A stretch of 64,000 nucleotides of DNA from Tubulanus polymorphus. Taxonomy: Eukaryota; Animalia; Nemertea. The DNA lies in contig NC_134033.1 of NCBI RefSeq assembly GCF_964204645.1, positions 8,068,655 through 8,132,654 of the forward strand. The letters are read 5' to 3'. The notes below the pieces were generated by a model. That model did not search any database. It was not told where the DNA came from and worked only from the letters and a program-made list of their open reading frames with translations. Both the position numbers and the translations under genes were made by a program. Positions 24,702 through 37,185 of this stretch are shown here, in pieces (the stretch's first letter is position 1; each line of letters opens with the position of its first letter).

Positions 24702-25043
24702 TTATTCGAAATCTATTTCATGGTGCCCTTTTTCATTCTTACCTTTGTATACGAAATAGAAATCACCAGAACATAATTCTTCTAAATCTTCACTTGATAA
24801 TCTATGAAATCTATCCGGTAAATATGTTCTGAATTTATGTGTATTTCCTTTTAATCCTTCATATTCTAAGTGTATAACTAATTTATCTCCATATTTGTTA
24901 GTAACTGTATCAATATTTGTAATTAGATATTTCTTATGGATTGTTAATTCTGTTAACTTCTTAAATTTATAATCTACAGATTTTACATTTGAAGTGTCTT
25001 TTATTCTATTTACGAATTCACTGTGTGCTTGTTTACTCTCCAT
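24702..25043 (-). CDS. Small beta-rich hypothetical protein downstream of pPolB
   Basis: Intact 113-aa ORF: FKKLTEL..KYLIT..TNKYG..YLPDRF. Confidence 0.6.
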   Translation of the reverse strand: MESKQAHSEFVNRIKDTSNVKSVDYKFKKLTELTIHKKYLITNIDTVTNKYGDKLVIHLEYEGLKGNTHKFRTYLPDRFHRLSSEDLEELCSGDFYFVYKGKNEKGHHEIDFE

Positions 25044-25072
25044 TTATAATACATATTTTTATCAAAATTTGA

Positions 25073-28000
25073 TTAACACGTTAGAATTCTTTTCATTATC
25101 TCGTTCTCTTTTGTTTCTTCTCTTTTAAATTTTAAGTATTCATCTAAATTACATCCATAAGCAACTGTATGAATTCCATCATCTAAAATATATCTTTTAT
25201 CATCAAATGGGTTTAGACTTATCTTTTCAATTTCTTCAATAAACATTTCATGATCTTCAGATCTTAAACATCTCATCTTATGTTTTCTAACTTCTTCATT
25301 GAATATACAATTGATGTAATCTTTGAAATGAATATTCTTTTCTACTACACTTTTGGTTATTCCTTTTAACTTTTTAGCTTCATGTTCTTTAGTTTTATAT
25401 GAATACATTTTAGATCTAATACCAATGAATTCAATCATTTCTTCACCGCCTAATTCATCTTTGAATTTACCAGGAACTTTTCTATTATCATTGCTAAACA
25501 ATTCATGATCTTTAGGATAGTTACTGAAATCAAAATGATGTTTTAATGTTTTCAAATCATCAGTTATGTTATCAGTTTTTATCTTTAATATGTAAGAATC
25601 GGTATCAAAATATAAGATTTCTATATGTTTTTCTCCAAAAAGTGGTTGTAATATATTATAATAGAATTCATACATTAGTAATTTTGATAATTCTAAAACT
25701 GAAGCGCCAACATAGATTGGTTTATTTAATTTCATTGATGTTCTTCGCATTTTAACTGCAGCTAAATTTTCATCAAATATTCTGTAACCAATGAACTTAG
25801 GATATGATTGTAAATGCCTTATCCTTTTACCATTACTAACTAACTCAATATCATTTCTATTTCTAATATTTTCACAAGTCTTACCATAGAATGCATTATT
25901 CATTAACTTGAAGAAATCTTTCTCGAAATCAGTTTTAGCTTTAGTTCTCTGTTTGGTGTTAAAATCTATATATTTTTCTAACCACTTAGATTGACTAAAT
26001 GAAATATATCTATGTACTTTTTTTAGAACCATTCCTTGTTTTAGATAAAACTTTAACATTCTATAATGTACTACATAATTATATTTATCTTCTTGAGTTA
26101 CCATTAACTTTTCTGTATGAATATGATTTTCGGGTTTAATTCTTTTTTGGTAATTTGATAATTCTTCATGAGTTACAGTTTTATGTTCGGGACAGTAAGC
26201 TAGATTTCTAGATTTAAATTTTTTATCTTCAGGATATTCTAAATCTACAACAAAGAAGTAACCAGTATCTGAATCATCTGCAATATCTAGAATTCTTTTC
26301 TTCCAATCAAATTTATCATTATTTTCATTCTGTAAAACTTCAGTTAATTCAAATACTCCATAAGGTTGTGGTTCCATCATTGCCCAACCATATAGATTAT
26401 TTGCATCTATATATAATAACTTATATCCAGGGTTATCATTTACATTGAAATATCTATCACCTAATACACCTGAAACTCCTCCTCTTATAGATTTTTCAAA
26501 TAATAATAATTGATCTATATTTGTTAACAAATCCATTTTTATATCTGTAAATTTTAAACCACAATCCCATGTTAAACCTGGTGATGAATAACAATGGCAA
26601 GGATCAATATTGAAATATTTTAGGTTTACATCTCTAAACCTTTCGAATATATCCGATAATCATAATACATCTGATTTTAAATATATATCTACTAATTGCC
26701 CATGATTTTCTATTTTGAAATGATTCCAAATATTCAATGTTCTATTATATACTTCATCTTTAACATATTCATTTTTTAATTCATCATAGAATTGTTCTTT
26801 CAATAATTCAGTTATGTTAAAATCATTATGATTTTTATAAAATGAATATGGAATAGCGCCTTTATATCTCATTAATTGAAAATCATCATTATTTGGGTAA
26901 TATTCTTTTAATATCTTTAATTCATCATCAACTAATGATTTTGATAAGTTATCTAATGAACTATTTAAAAATCTATATGAATCTATAAATCTTAAACACC
27001 CAAATTGGAATGATATATAATTCTCAGATGTTTTAGCTAACATTCTAAATTTATAAGTTGGTATTTTATCTTTTGATCTATTTGAATTTAATCTTTCTAT
27101 TCCATTATTAATTTCTTCTATTTTATGGCATAACTGTTTGATGAATAAATGTGCATCATATCCTGATAGATTATGAAATATAACTGGTACAAAGTTAATT
27201 TTCTTAGCTTGTAAGTTACAATTCTCATGTGCAGCGCCTCTAAACTTTCCATTCAAATGATCATGGTCTCTTACTTTTTTATCTCTAAAATTAAATATCT
27301 TTTCACAATAATAACATTTATCTGCAAACGCAAATTCTTCTTTATCTTCTTCTGTCATTATAATTTCTATATTTGTATTCAATAATTTACTAAATCTTAT
27401 TTCATATTCAATTAATAAGTCACAAAAATGATTGATAACATTTTCATTTCTATAATTATAATATTCACTTTCAATTAGTTCTGGATAATCAGATTTTATA
27501 TATAACCCGAAAGCTGCAGCTGATTGATGAATCTTTTTAATAGTATTTGTTTTTGGTGGTTCTTCAGAATAATCATTTTCATTAGAATTTAATTTCTTTC
27601 TTTTATAATATATTTCTTTTCTATCTTGATCGGTTAATTCTTTATTTAATGATTCAAAATCTCCATATATTACAAATGGTACTTTATTTTTGTAATCATA
27701 TTTTTTGAATTCTAATATTTTATCTTTTTCATTTGGTAAAACTAATTTACAATAATCATGATTTTCACATAATTGTTTATGATTTAATAATGCACTTTCA
27801 TTACTGAATCTATGTAAACATTTTCTACAAAGATATATTTTATTATCAAAATCATTTTCTGATTTAAAAAATAAATCAATTCTTTTAATCCACACGTAAT
27901 GATTCTCATAATATAATATATCTATAACATCGTTTGAATCATAATCTTTTGATAGATATAAAGGTTCTAATGTATAATGTTTAATATTATTACCTTTTGT

Positions 28001-29108
28001 TTTTGGTAATTTGATTAAATCGAATACATTTATCTTTATATTATTATCTCTTTCTATTTTTGGGATATTTTTAATTCTAACAGGATACTTATCTATCTTA
28101 TAATTATTTTCAAATGGTTTATAAAGAGTTAATCTAAAACTATGTGTAATATCTTCTGTTGGATGTAAGCAACTTATTATAGCCCATAGAAAACATTTAT
28201 CATCAAAATTTTATACATTTATTACAGCATTAGTTTTAAATGGTAGTTTAATATAACTCGATGCTTCAATATCTGGTTCTTTATAATATGATACATTATT
28301 TTCATCTATTGGTTTTGATTTAGTTAACTTATTATATTTTGTGTTATAAACATGTAAAGTCATAAATATTATTTCATCAAATATTAAACCAGATCCTTCA
28401 AAATATTTCTCTTCTATTTTAGTTTTTACTTCATTATAACATTTATCTAATTTATCATCTATATGTTGTTTTGAAATAATATGTTGTGAATGAGAATTTA
28501 TATTATATATTGGTTTATCTTCAGATTTTATGAATTTAACTTTAACTGATATACTAATTTTAGGATATTCAACATCAGTTATTATTTTTATAATATTTTT
28601 CATATTTTCTAAATGTTTTTTATTTTCTTCTAATGTTTTTCCTTTATGAAATTTAAACTCGATAGCTGCTGGACCAATATCACTTTTAAATGCTTCGGTT
28701 ATCTCTATATCTTTTTTATTATCTAATGAATTAATATAATTTCTTACATCTTCCATGTATGGTCTTTTATTGTTTAATTTATTTTTTATGCTTATAATTG
28801 TCTTCTGTTTCTTATCATTATCTTTATCAAAATAATCTTCACCTAAAATATCATTATTGATATTTCTAATATGACTTTTAGATTTTAAATGTTCATTATC
28901 TTTTATCACTGAATGATTGATTACATGTATCACATTTGTATGTTTCTTTTTCATTCTTTAATTCATCTAATTTAGATTCTAATATATCATCTTTATATTC
29001 TAGTTTCAATTCATTCTCTAAATGTGTTTTAGTTTTATTGTGTCTTGCTTTTTGGGATTTATCTATATTGATATTACACGTTGGGTAGTAGTACTTATTT
29101 GCTTCCAT
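25073..29108 (-). pseudogene. Protein-primed family B DNA polymerase (pPolB) broken by two stops and a frameshift
   Basis: N-terminal C2H2 fingers; Exo motifs VIYGDFES, HNLSGYD and YLKSDV; endonuclease VII-like DHDH..G..RGAAH..CN; polymerase motifs YIDANNLYG, KLMNNAFYGK and YFDTDS. Confidence 0.95.
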
Positions 29109-29462
29109 TTTAATACTAAATTTTTTATTAAAATTGATTTTAGAAGTTATTCATTTATATTTTATTCATATATATGAATATTTTAAGAGTAATAGGGAAT
29201 ATCTTGTTTCATATCAAAGGTTGAAAGGGCTAGTGAGTAAAAAATGAAAAATATGAAAATAATAATAATTTCTATTTGAATTAGGAGTGAAACTCATATA
29301 AAATGAAAAATAAATTCGAGTGTGCGAGAATTATTTTTCATTTTATATGAGTTTCGCTACTAATTCAAATAGAAATTGTTATTATTTTCATATTTTTCAT
29401 TTTTTATGAGCTCGACCTTTCGACCTTTGGTATGAAACAAGATATTCCCTATTACTACTCAA

Positions 29463-30985
29463 CACTGCAAGACGATCCCGAAGTTAAGAAAGTCAACACA
29501 CTGTCCGTCGCAGAAGTGTCAACCACGCTTCCAGACCCTGCCAGATGGTCCTCGTGGATGAAATACAAACGAGTCGTCGCGACAGTAGTCAGGGTTAAGT
29601 CGATCCTGATGAAGCGAGACGTCGCGAACACCGACCCGCTGAAAGTTTCAGAGCTCGAAGAGGCGGAAATCCTGATTTTTAAGGCGGCACAAGAAGCAGT
29701 GTACGGCGACGAAATAGCTGATTTACGAAGCCACCGACCAATCTCGAGAGCTAGTAAAATACTGGCGCTGACCCCGAAGCTTGATGAGAACGGTGTCTTG
29801 AGAGTTGGTGGTCGCCTAAAAAACGCACCGATCGCAGAAGCCGCGAAACATCCGATACTGCTGCCGAAGAACCACGAAGTGACGAGACTAATCATCCACC
29901 ACTATCACCACCAAATGTTCCACGGTGGTGTAGCAGTAACGATGAACGAAATCCGGCAGAAGTTTTGGATCCCCGAATGTCGTTCGACCGTAAAGAAACT
30001 CGTTCGCCGATGCGCCTACTGCATTAAAAGAAGAGCGAAGCCACAGCCGCCGATAATGGCCGATCTACCTGCTGCCAGATTCGACACCGCGAGCCCGTTC
30101 AGCAGTGTCGGTATCGACTGCTTCGGCCCGCTCCAAGTGAGAAAGTTCCGTAAGACGGAGAAAAGATACGGGCTGCTTGTAACGTGTCTGGCCACCAGAG
30201 CTGTGCACTTGGAAGTTGCGTACTCACTAGACACGGACAGCTTCATAACGGCACTTAGGTGATTCATCGCTAGACGCGGAAAACCGAAGAGAATCTACTC
30301 GGACAATGGGACCAATTTCACTGGTGGCGAGAAGGAACTTCGAGACCAGTTGACGAAACTGAACCAGACGAAAATCGCCGATGCAACGTCACAAGATCAC
30401 ATCCAGTGGTATTTCAACCCACCTGCCGCTAGCCATATGGGTGGAGTTTGGGAACGTCTGGTCCAGTCCGTTAAAAGAAACTTGAAAGTGGTCCTGGGAA
30501 AACAAATTGTCACCGATGAAGTGCTGCACACCGTGTTTACCGAAGTCGAATCCGTCGTGAATTCGAGGCCACTGACGTACGTCAACTCCAGCCACGACGA
30601 ACCAGAGGCGATAACACTGAGCCATTTTCTACTCGGCAAGACGAACCCGAACCTACCACCCGGAGTGTTTGACGCTGATGATTTGAACGCCAGAAAACGA
30701 TGGCGACAGGCCCAGGCACTCACTAATCAGTACTGGGCTCGCTGGACGCGGGAATATCTGCCGACACTTGTCCAGCGAACCAAATGGAAGACCGCAAGCC
30801 GAGACCTACAAATCGACGATGTGGTACTACTCGCCGATGACAACCAGCCACGTGGCCAGTGGCCGCTCGGACGTATCATCAATGTCCACCCCGGAAGCGA
30901 TGGACATGTCTGCTCAGTGGAACTCAAGACGACAAGCGGAGTCTACAGGCGACCGGCGACGAAAGTTTGTCGACTCGACGCCTGA
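29463..30985 (+). pseudogene. BEL/Pao integrase (stop at 30260)
   Basis: HH-CC zinc finger (HYHHQMFHGG..CAYC), GIDCFGP, SDNGTNF, GGVWERLV, WPLGRI. Confidence 0.92.
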
Positions 30986-31135
30986 ACTGTTTGCGACACG
31001 CCGATATCTTATTGCGAACTCTCGATGTTGGACCGATTATCTATTTGCCGCGGATTATCAATGTTTTCGTGGAAGAACAATTACTTTTGTTTGTGTATTT
31101 TCGTGATTTACCGTATTTGGACTATACCGGACTTT

Positions 31136-31147
31136 GGCGCGGGAGGA
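31136..31147 (+). promoter_or_regulatory. Polypurine tract
   Basis: GGCGCGGGAGGA immediately precedes the TGTTG start of the 3' LTR. Confidence 0.7.
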
Positions 31148-31762
31148 TGTTGTAACCGTTACAACAGTTTATCGGAGTCAGATGGCTATAGTTCGCGTGG
31201 ACCTGGTTACCACCGAGATCCCGTGTGAACTCGCGTATCATAATCAATAACACGTGTATTATTTTGTTTCTAACTAGTTTAAGACTGTGCCTGTTCTCTC
31301 GTTTGTATATTTTAATCCTTTTTATAGTAACATTTTGACAGTTGGTAACATTCTCAACAGATTATAATCATAATTAGTTCCCAGCCTGATTTTGTATAAA
31401 AGCCGCAACAAATATCCTGTAAAATCAGTTCCGCTAAATAAATCGCTATAGTCTGAAGAAAGTCTTAAAGTTAGTCATTTCATGACGAAAGGAACGGCTG
31501 CTTCAAGGGACAGGACGACTCTGCCTTGCTGCTTCAACCAGGGAACGTGACTCTGGCCGACTCGCTAATTTTGCTTCGCCTGGTGACCCGCCTGGCTTTG
31601 CTTCTGCCTTGTCGACCCGCCTGGCTTCTGCTTCTGCCCGGCCTTTGCTTTGGTTCTGTCCGAGAACATATACAGTCCTCCTCGCTCGCTTCCTCACTGC
31701 CATCGCCTTTCAGTAGAGTGAGCCCGAAACCCCGTGGTGTTGGACCGAGAACTCTCCCAACA
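31148..31762 (+). repeat. 3' LTR of BEL/Pao element (615 bp)
   Basis: TGTTG...CAACA termini and homology to the 5' LTR. Confidence 0.92.
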
Positions 31763-33710
31763 ACGAACAAATTCCGATTGTTATCTGAGTCGGAAACTAT
31801 TGAGTTAAAATTAGTCCATTAACGGTTCACGACTCACTTGTGCTATAAGCTTAAGTCAAAACTTCAGAACTGTAGAACCAGAGGCTGAGGTCCAGGACTA
31901 GTACCGGTATATATTGTATCAATGTGGTTTTTAAATTCTTTCAAATTTCAACTTAAAATCCCACCATATAGGCTTTAAGTGCGTATATTTTTCATCGGAT
32001 ACACCTTAGAGTAATCATTTTAATCAGATGTTTACTCCAAGGATAAACACGTTTTTAAACCAGACGCTATTCTTAGCCTTATTCTAAAATTAATTGCTCG
32101 TTGGAGTAGGTATTATGTAACCGACTTTAGAGTGGAGTGGCGATAGTGAAGTGGTTGTGTGTTATGCTCAGACGTGTTACTGTGATTAACACCTATTTGT
32201 TTAGGCACATGGTGTCAACACCTCGAATTTAACTCATCAAGTTAAGCGACCAACAAATCTAAAACGTTGATAAAAGATAATCTATATCAAAATATACATT
32301 TTATTACCGGTATTCCTAAAAACGTCAGATATGGCAAGATGATATCATTGAAAAATTATTTATACACATCAAAGTTACTAATGTCACATGAATATACAAA
32401 TTTAAAAGACTAATCTTTTCTCCAAACTATGTATCTTTCAACACCGACGAGTCTCTACCGCGAATCCGTCATTTAATTCTTGATATAATTTTTGTCTTTT
32501 ACATTTCTTTATAGTTGGTTTTGATTTTATCATCTCTGATTTTAAAAGCCTTTTACGCTCATAAGACATTTAACAGCAGCATATAGCAATTCTATAGACA
32601 AGCAAACAACTTAAAAACTGTTTTTAAAGACTGTCAATGGCTGAACCCAATTCAACAGCTGAGCGAGAGATACAGATGATAGAAACATCTTTAAATATCG
32701 ACAGTTGTTTATCAAAAAGGCACATTCAGATTAATACAGAAAAGTTCTAAAATTTCAGTCTTACAAATAATATAACTGAACCAATCTCGAAAATCTTAAC
32801 AATAAACTTAACCAACAATTGTTTACCGGTATGTCAAGAAACCTACGCTTTCACAATGAAGTTTCAGGAAACAAATTATGAATACTTGATAATGACAGCA
32901 TCTCGTTTATCATAATCTGCTTTGTGAAAATGGCCCATGGTAACAAAAAGCCATGAATGTTAAAATATTTATCAACGTTACTGAGTACAGCTCATCTTCG
33001 TGCACCCTTATGTACAGAACTGCAACAAATGAATCTGGAATTTCATCATATTCCATCATAAAAAGTAACAATATTTGTGAAACATTCCACAATGGTTAAA
33101 AAATCTGTATCAGCATTAACAGTGTTAATCCAACAATGAGCAACAAATGTCGATTAACAGTTTTTCCTTACCCACTTCCTTAAAACAAAAGAAATCCATA
33201 AGATCTTAATTCAGGTCTAAATAATTAAACATCATCTTCTAAAAAAAACCATTTTGCTAACTGAACCACAAAATAAATCAATTCATTCATGCAATCTAGA
33301 CCTTGCATAATCCAGATCACTTAGGTATCATGAAATTCATCCGGTTCGTCATATTTTACATGGTAAGTTAGAATACATACTGGTACATATTCAGTATTAA
33401 TTCTGTAAGAAGCTTTTTTAAGTGTTAGGGTTTAGAAGAAATCTGGAATAGCAACCAAAACCCAGTCCCACTTTTGACTAGCATTGAATAATGAGGACTC
33501 ATCGTGTGGCAAGCAAGCATCCAACAGGTTCATTAGGACCGATTTCTTCTCAAGATTCATTTAAAATCCATGCGTTACAGTTTCTTAAATTCTACGAATG
33601 ATGAATAAACTGCGAGCAGATACCTTGAGGCTAAAAATCTAGATGAAAGTGAAATGAAAATGTACTAAATTTTGATCGAGCCTCATTGAAAATGAACTAA
33701 ATCCATGCTT

Positions 33711-34883
33711 AACTAGGGGTCCAGGGACACCATGCCCACTTGGGAAGTGGTTTCAAATGCTCAACAATCTAAAAATTTTCAATATTCAACGCCCCCTGGT
33801 GACCATATACAAAAACCAATGACCTTGAGACTCACCACAATCATAGAACATGTCAGCAGCTACAATTTTATAATTGGTTGTGATAATAATGTAATATGGA
33901 AATACTAAGTTATTCTACTATTCAACCCCCCTGGTGACCATATTCAAAACCCAATAACCTTGTAAATCACCACAATCATAGAACATGTCATCAACTACAA
34001 CTTTGCAATAGATCATGGTGACAAAATATGCCCAGGTACCAATATAATAAGGAAATAGCCTACTAGGTTATTGTACTATTCAACGCCCCCGGGTGACCAT
34101 ATAGAATAACGAATTTTCTTAAAACTCACCACAATCATAGACGATGTCATGAGCTACAACTTTGCAATTGATTGTGGTAACAAAATACGTATTTGTACAA
34201 AATTAATATAATATAGAAATACTAAGATATTGTATCATTCAACGCCCCCTGGTGGCCATATACAAAAACCAATGAACTTGAAACTCACCACAATCATAGA
34301 ACTTGTTATAAGCTACAACTTTCTAATTCATTGATGTAACAAAATATGCTTATGTATCAATATAATCTCGAAAATTTTTTCCCACCAACAAATGAGTTCT
34401 GATGACACCAAGATGGCCGCCAATTGCGTCATAGGCCTAATTGGCTGATCAAAAATACCTGTCTCAGGTATAAAACATCCCTATCCAAAGAATACCCATC
34501 AGCAATTGCAACGAGAAATGGCAAACCAGTAGGAAGCTACAGGACTCAGAATTCGGGCCAAAATTAACATTTTTGGGCACTTAAAAGGTCCTAGGACAAC
34601 CATCTTGAGTCTGATCAACCCAATTTTTGCTCAAAAGTTCAAAAATGTGTAAAAAGTGCTGATTTTGGCGAACAACAATGGCTGCCAGTCGGCCATCTTG
34701 AATCTGATAGGGCCAGTTTTCGGGTGAAGATGTGTCTAGGGTAGATACATGTATAAACCAAATATCAAGACATTACCTTGAAGCGTCTTCAAAACTTCCC
34801 AAAATAATTGGATTCCGTCTACGGACAGACGGACGAAAAGTGAACGCAATAGCCCGCTGGGACTTAAGTCCCAAGTGGGCTAA
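33711..34883 (+). mobile_element. Non-autonomous Helentron/DINE-1-like interspersed repeat, copy 1
   Basis: Starts AACTAG, contains internal tandem repeats, a GACG/GACA microsatellite and a terminal hairpin TAGCCC..GGGCTA. A second copy is inverted at 55048-56013. Confidence 0.65.
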
Positions 34884-35047
34884 CAATCTATTAAGGACAA
34901 TTTCTGTAAAACAAACCCTTGATTTTTTGGATATTCTGAAGGTCGGTTCTCATGGATTTGCACTTATTACAATATTTGTTAAGATCCGCAGATTTTGCCT
35001 GTGGATCCACTCCTGCTTATCTGTTCTATCATTCAGTTTGAGTTATT

Positions 35048-35548
35048 TCAAAATTCAAGATCAGATTCCTCTGAATCCCATCCACATGATTCAACGACCG
35101 CATCGTCGGCAGTGAAATCCACCTCGACGTCATAAACAAAGTCGTCGTCTCCAGGCTTTTTCTGATGTTTCGAAAACGTTTCGTCCATAACGGCTTTCTT
35201 GCGGCTCAGCACGTCGTCTTCGACTTTATTCAAATCTTCCTCCGGGTCGATAGTGTCAATGCGGTCGCTCTTACGTAAACTCGCGTCGAGCGTTAGTCCG
35301 TTCATACGGTCGTGCACAATTGTCACCAGTTTCAGTAGTTGTCGGCGTGGCAACGATTTGAGGTATTTCTGATGTCGTGAATTTGTCAGAAGTTCGTCGA
35401 CCGCGCGTTCGATGCCGGTGAATTTCGTGAAGTTTCGTAGCGGCATCGTACGCCGATGATATTTGCCGACATTTTCCGTGTATGTTATGACGATCGCTGG
35501 TTTATCAAAACGCACCCCGCATTTCAGCAATTTAATTGGCATTTTCAT
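35048..35548 (-). CDS. CEP19: Centrosomal protein of 19 kDa (single coding exon)
   Basis: Full-length similarity to vertebrate CEP19: KCGVRF.PAI, MPLRNF, IDPEEDLNK, KKPGDDDFVYDVEVDF, SCGWD. An upstream TTTTTCCAG acceptor at ~35578 suggests a 5'UTR intron. Confidence 0.95.
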   Translation of the reverse strand: MKMPIKLLKCGVRFDKPAIVITYTENVGKYHRRTMPLRNFTKFTGIERAVDELLTNSRHQKYLKSLPRRQLLKLVTIVHDRMNGLTLDASLRKSDRIDTIDPEEDLNKVEDDVLSRKKAVMDETFSKHQKKPGDDDFVYDVEVDFTADDAVVESCGWDSEESDLEF

Positions 35549-36214
35549 TTAGTAGTGGCAGCGTTGATAAATTTGAACTGGAAAAATGGAATGGATATTG
35601 ACTGATCAATACTTTTCTTGAGAGTTAGGCTAAACAAAAATGATACCTAGTTTCTCTGCAGTGGCCGGGACATTTTTGTAAAATATGATAAAATTTACAA
35701 ACAGTCCATTTCTATAGTGGTCGGGCCTGTTATATAGTAAATTGATCGCCATTTAAAAAAAGTTATGTATCGGGTAGATAGGCGGCCGACCGGGTGAACT
35801 TTAAAGCTCAGCAGAGCGGAGAAACAAGGTATCAATTCTTTTTAGCCTTAAAATTTTCTGTTTAAATACTACAGTCTTTATCTTATCATGAGTAAAAGAA
35901 GACTATTTCCAATCCTTCAATATTGTAAAACATTGAAGGCTTAGTTAAACAGATGTTCTCTGGTCAATTTGACACCTCAAGTGATTGATAAGAAGCAAAG
36001 ACATTGTGACCAATGAAATTGACAGACGTTCCAAAAGAGGAGGACAAAAAGATACCATACATGTATGTGTGTAAAGCAAAAAAGACTTGTACAGAAAAGA
36101 ACATCAAGATTCTCAACAAAAAAAATTTCATATAGCCTAGACTTGGAAGTTAACAAATTTCCGAAAACTTACATATTTTTACGTTAAGAATTTTTTATAT
36201 TAATCTCACCCCTG

Positions 36215-36468
36215 GGCCCAGTTTCACAAAAAAGTTTAAATCTAAAATCGATTTAAATTCTTAAATCGATTTAGACCCGTTAACACGATTTAGTTAACTC
36301 GATTTATAAAACGAGTTTCACTAAAGGCTTAATCCAAAAAAATTAACAAAATCGATTTAAGATTTAATCTTTTTTGTGAAACTGGTTTGAAATTTAACTC
36401 AAAAAGTTAAATCGATTTAAGGATTTAAATCGATTTAACGAATTTAATCTTTTTTGTGAAACCGGGCC
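36215..36468. mobile_element. Harbinger-like MITE
   Basis: TIR GGCCCAGTTTCACAAAAAAG / CTTTTTTGTGAAACCGGGCC with a 3-bp TSD CTG. Confidence 0.8.
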
Positions 36469-37185
36469 CTGTATTAGCCGATGTGTAAGATATTTAGGGT
36501 CGTTTACACCTGTAAGTCTAATTGATTATAACTGTCACCAGGTGTTGGAAGTACTGACTGCAACGCCAATGGCCAAAGCTGTGGTTAGTGAATGGCTTTT
36601 TTTAAATAACCATGTTTTCGACGAAATTAACCACAGCGTAGTCTGAATACCAGTCGTTGTTAGGGGATCCCCTACAGTTGTTGTTTGGGGAACGATGGCT
36701 AAGTAATAGCGCAACACAGCACAGGCAAAATTTGCTTCCAACAATGGTTCAACTGACCAAACATAGAGCAAGTGGGAAAGCAAATCAAAAATATATAGAC
36801 ATAAGTTATGATTAGACTACAGTCACTCTTATTTCAGGCAAACAGGAAGATATACAAAGTTCAAATATGACTTAAAACGTGAACAAATTTAATTTGGATT
36901 TGCATTTGTTAATTATGTTTCAGCGTTTAATGGCTGTTTTTGCATTCCTACCCGAATAGATATTAATCTATCACCAGAAATCAGTAAAGTACAGTCGAAT
37001 ACGATCCTCTAGGAGCTGATTCGGCACACTGTTGACTTGAACAGCGCCGCAATAGCGTCATGAAATACAACACAACCCCGGAAACCAACGATTTGTTTAC
37101 GGAAGTTAAGCTACTCAATTCAATCAGATTTTATTAGATTCGATATCAAATAACCACGTGCACAACGATCAAGAGACAACGACCG

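Larger units (their letters stand above)
11016..29456. mobile_element. Maverick/Polinton (endogenous preplasmivirus), full length, decaying
   Basis: AGT..ACT termini, ~461-bp TIRs (11016-11476; 28995-29456) and 6-bp TSD ACTCAA (11010-11015; 29457-29462). Sharp shift to AT-rich sequence. Encodes integrase, ATPase, capsid and pPolB. Confidence 0.97.
1902..31762 (+). mobile_element. BEL/Pao LTR retrotransposon, degenerate, interrupted by three nested insertions
   Basis: Paired LTRs both ending CCCAACA (6145, 31762), PBS, gag-PR-RT-RH-IN order with Pao motifs (YLPHHAV, KIRVVFD, LHVFCDAS, GGVWERLV, WPLGRI), and PPT. The pol frame rejoins across the Maverick TSD (..LVDS|TLQDDPEVK). Confidence 0.93.

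Noticed and set aside
13236-28213. Alternative genetic code (TAA as sense) in the Maverick, suggested by several in-frame TAA codons
   Set aside because: True gene ends also use TAA, the implied residues differ (Q, Y), and TGA stops and frameshifts co-occur. Ordinary decay explains it.
29432-29462. Maverick-Pao integrase fusion gene (MKQDIPYY..)
   Set aside because: A chance in-frame ATG in the TIR. The downstream integrase has a premature stop.
36639-36819. Second complete TAGTCT..AGACTA element
   Set aside because: The flanks ACCACAGCG and CAGTCACTC do not form a TSD; only a 25-bp end match is supported.
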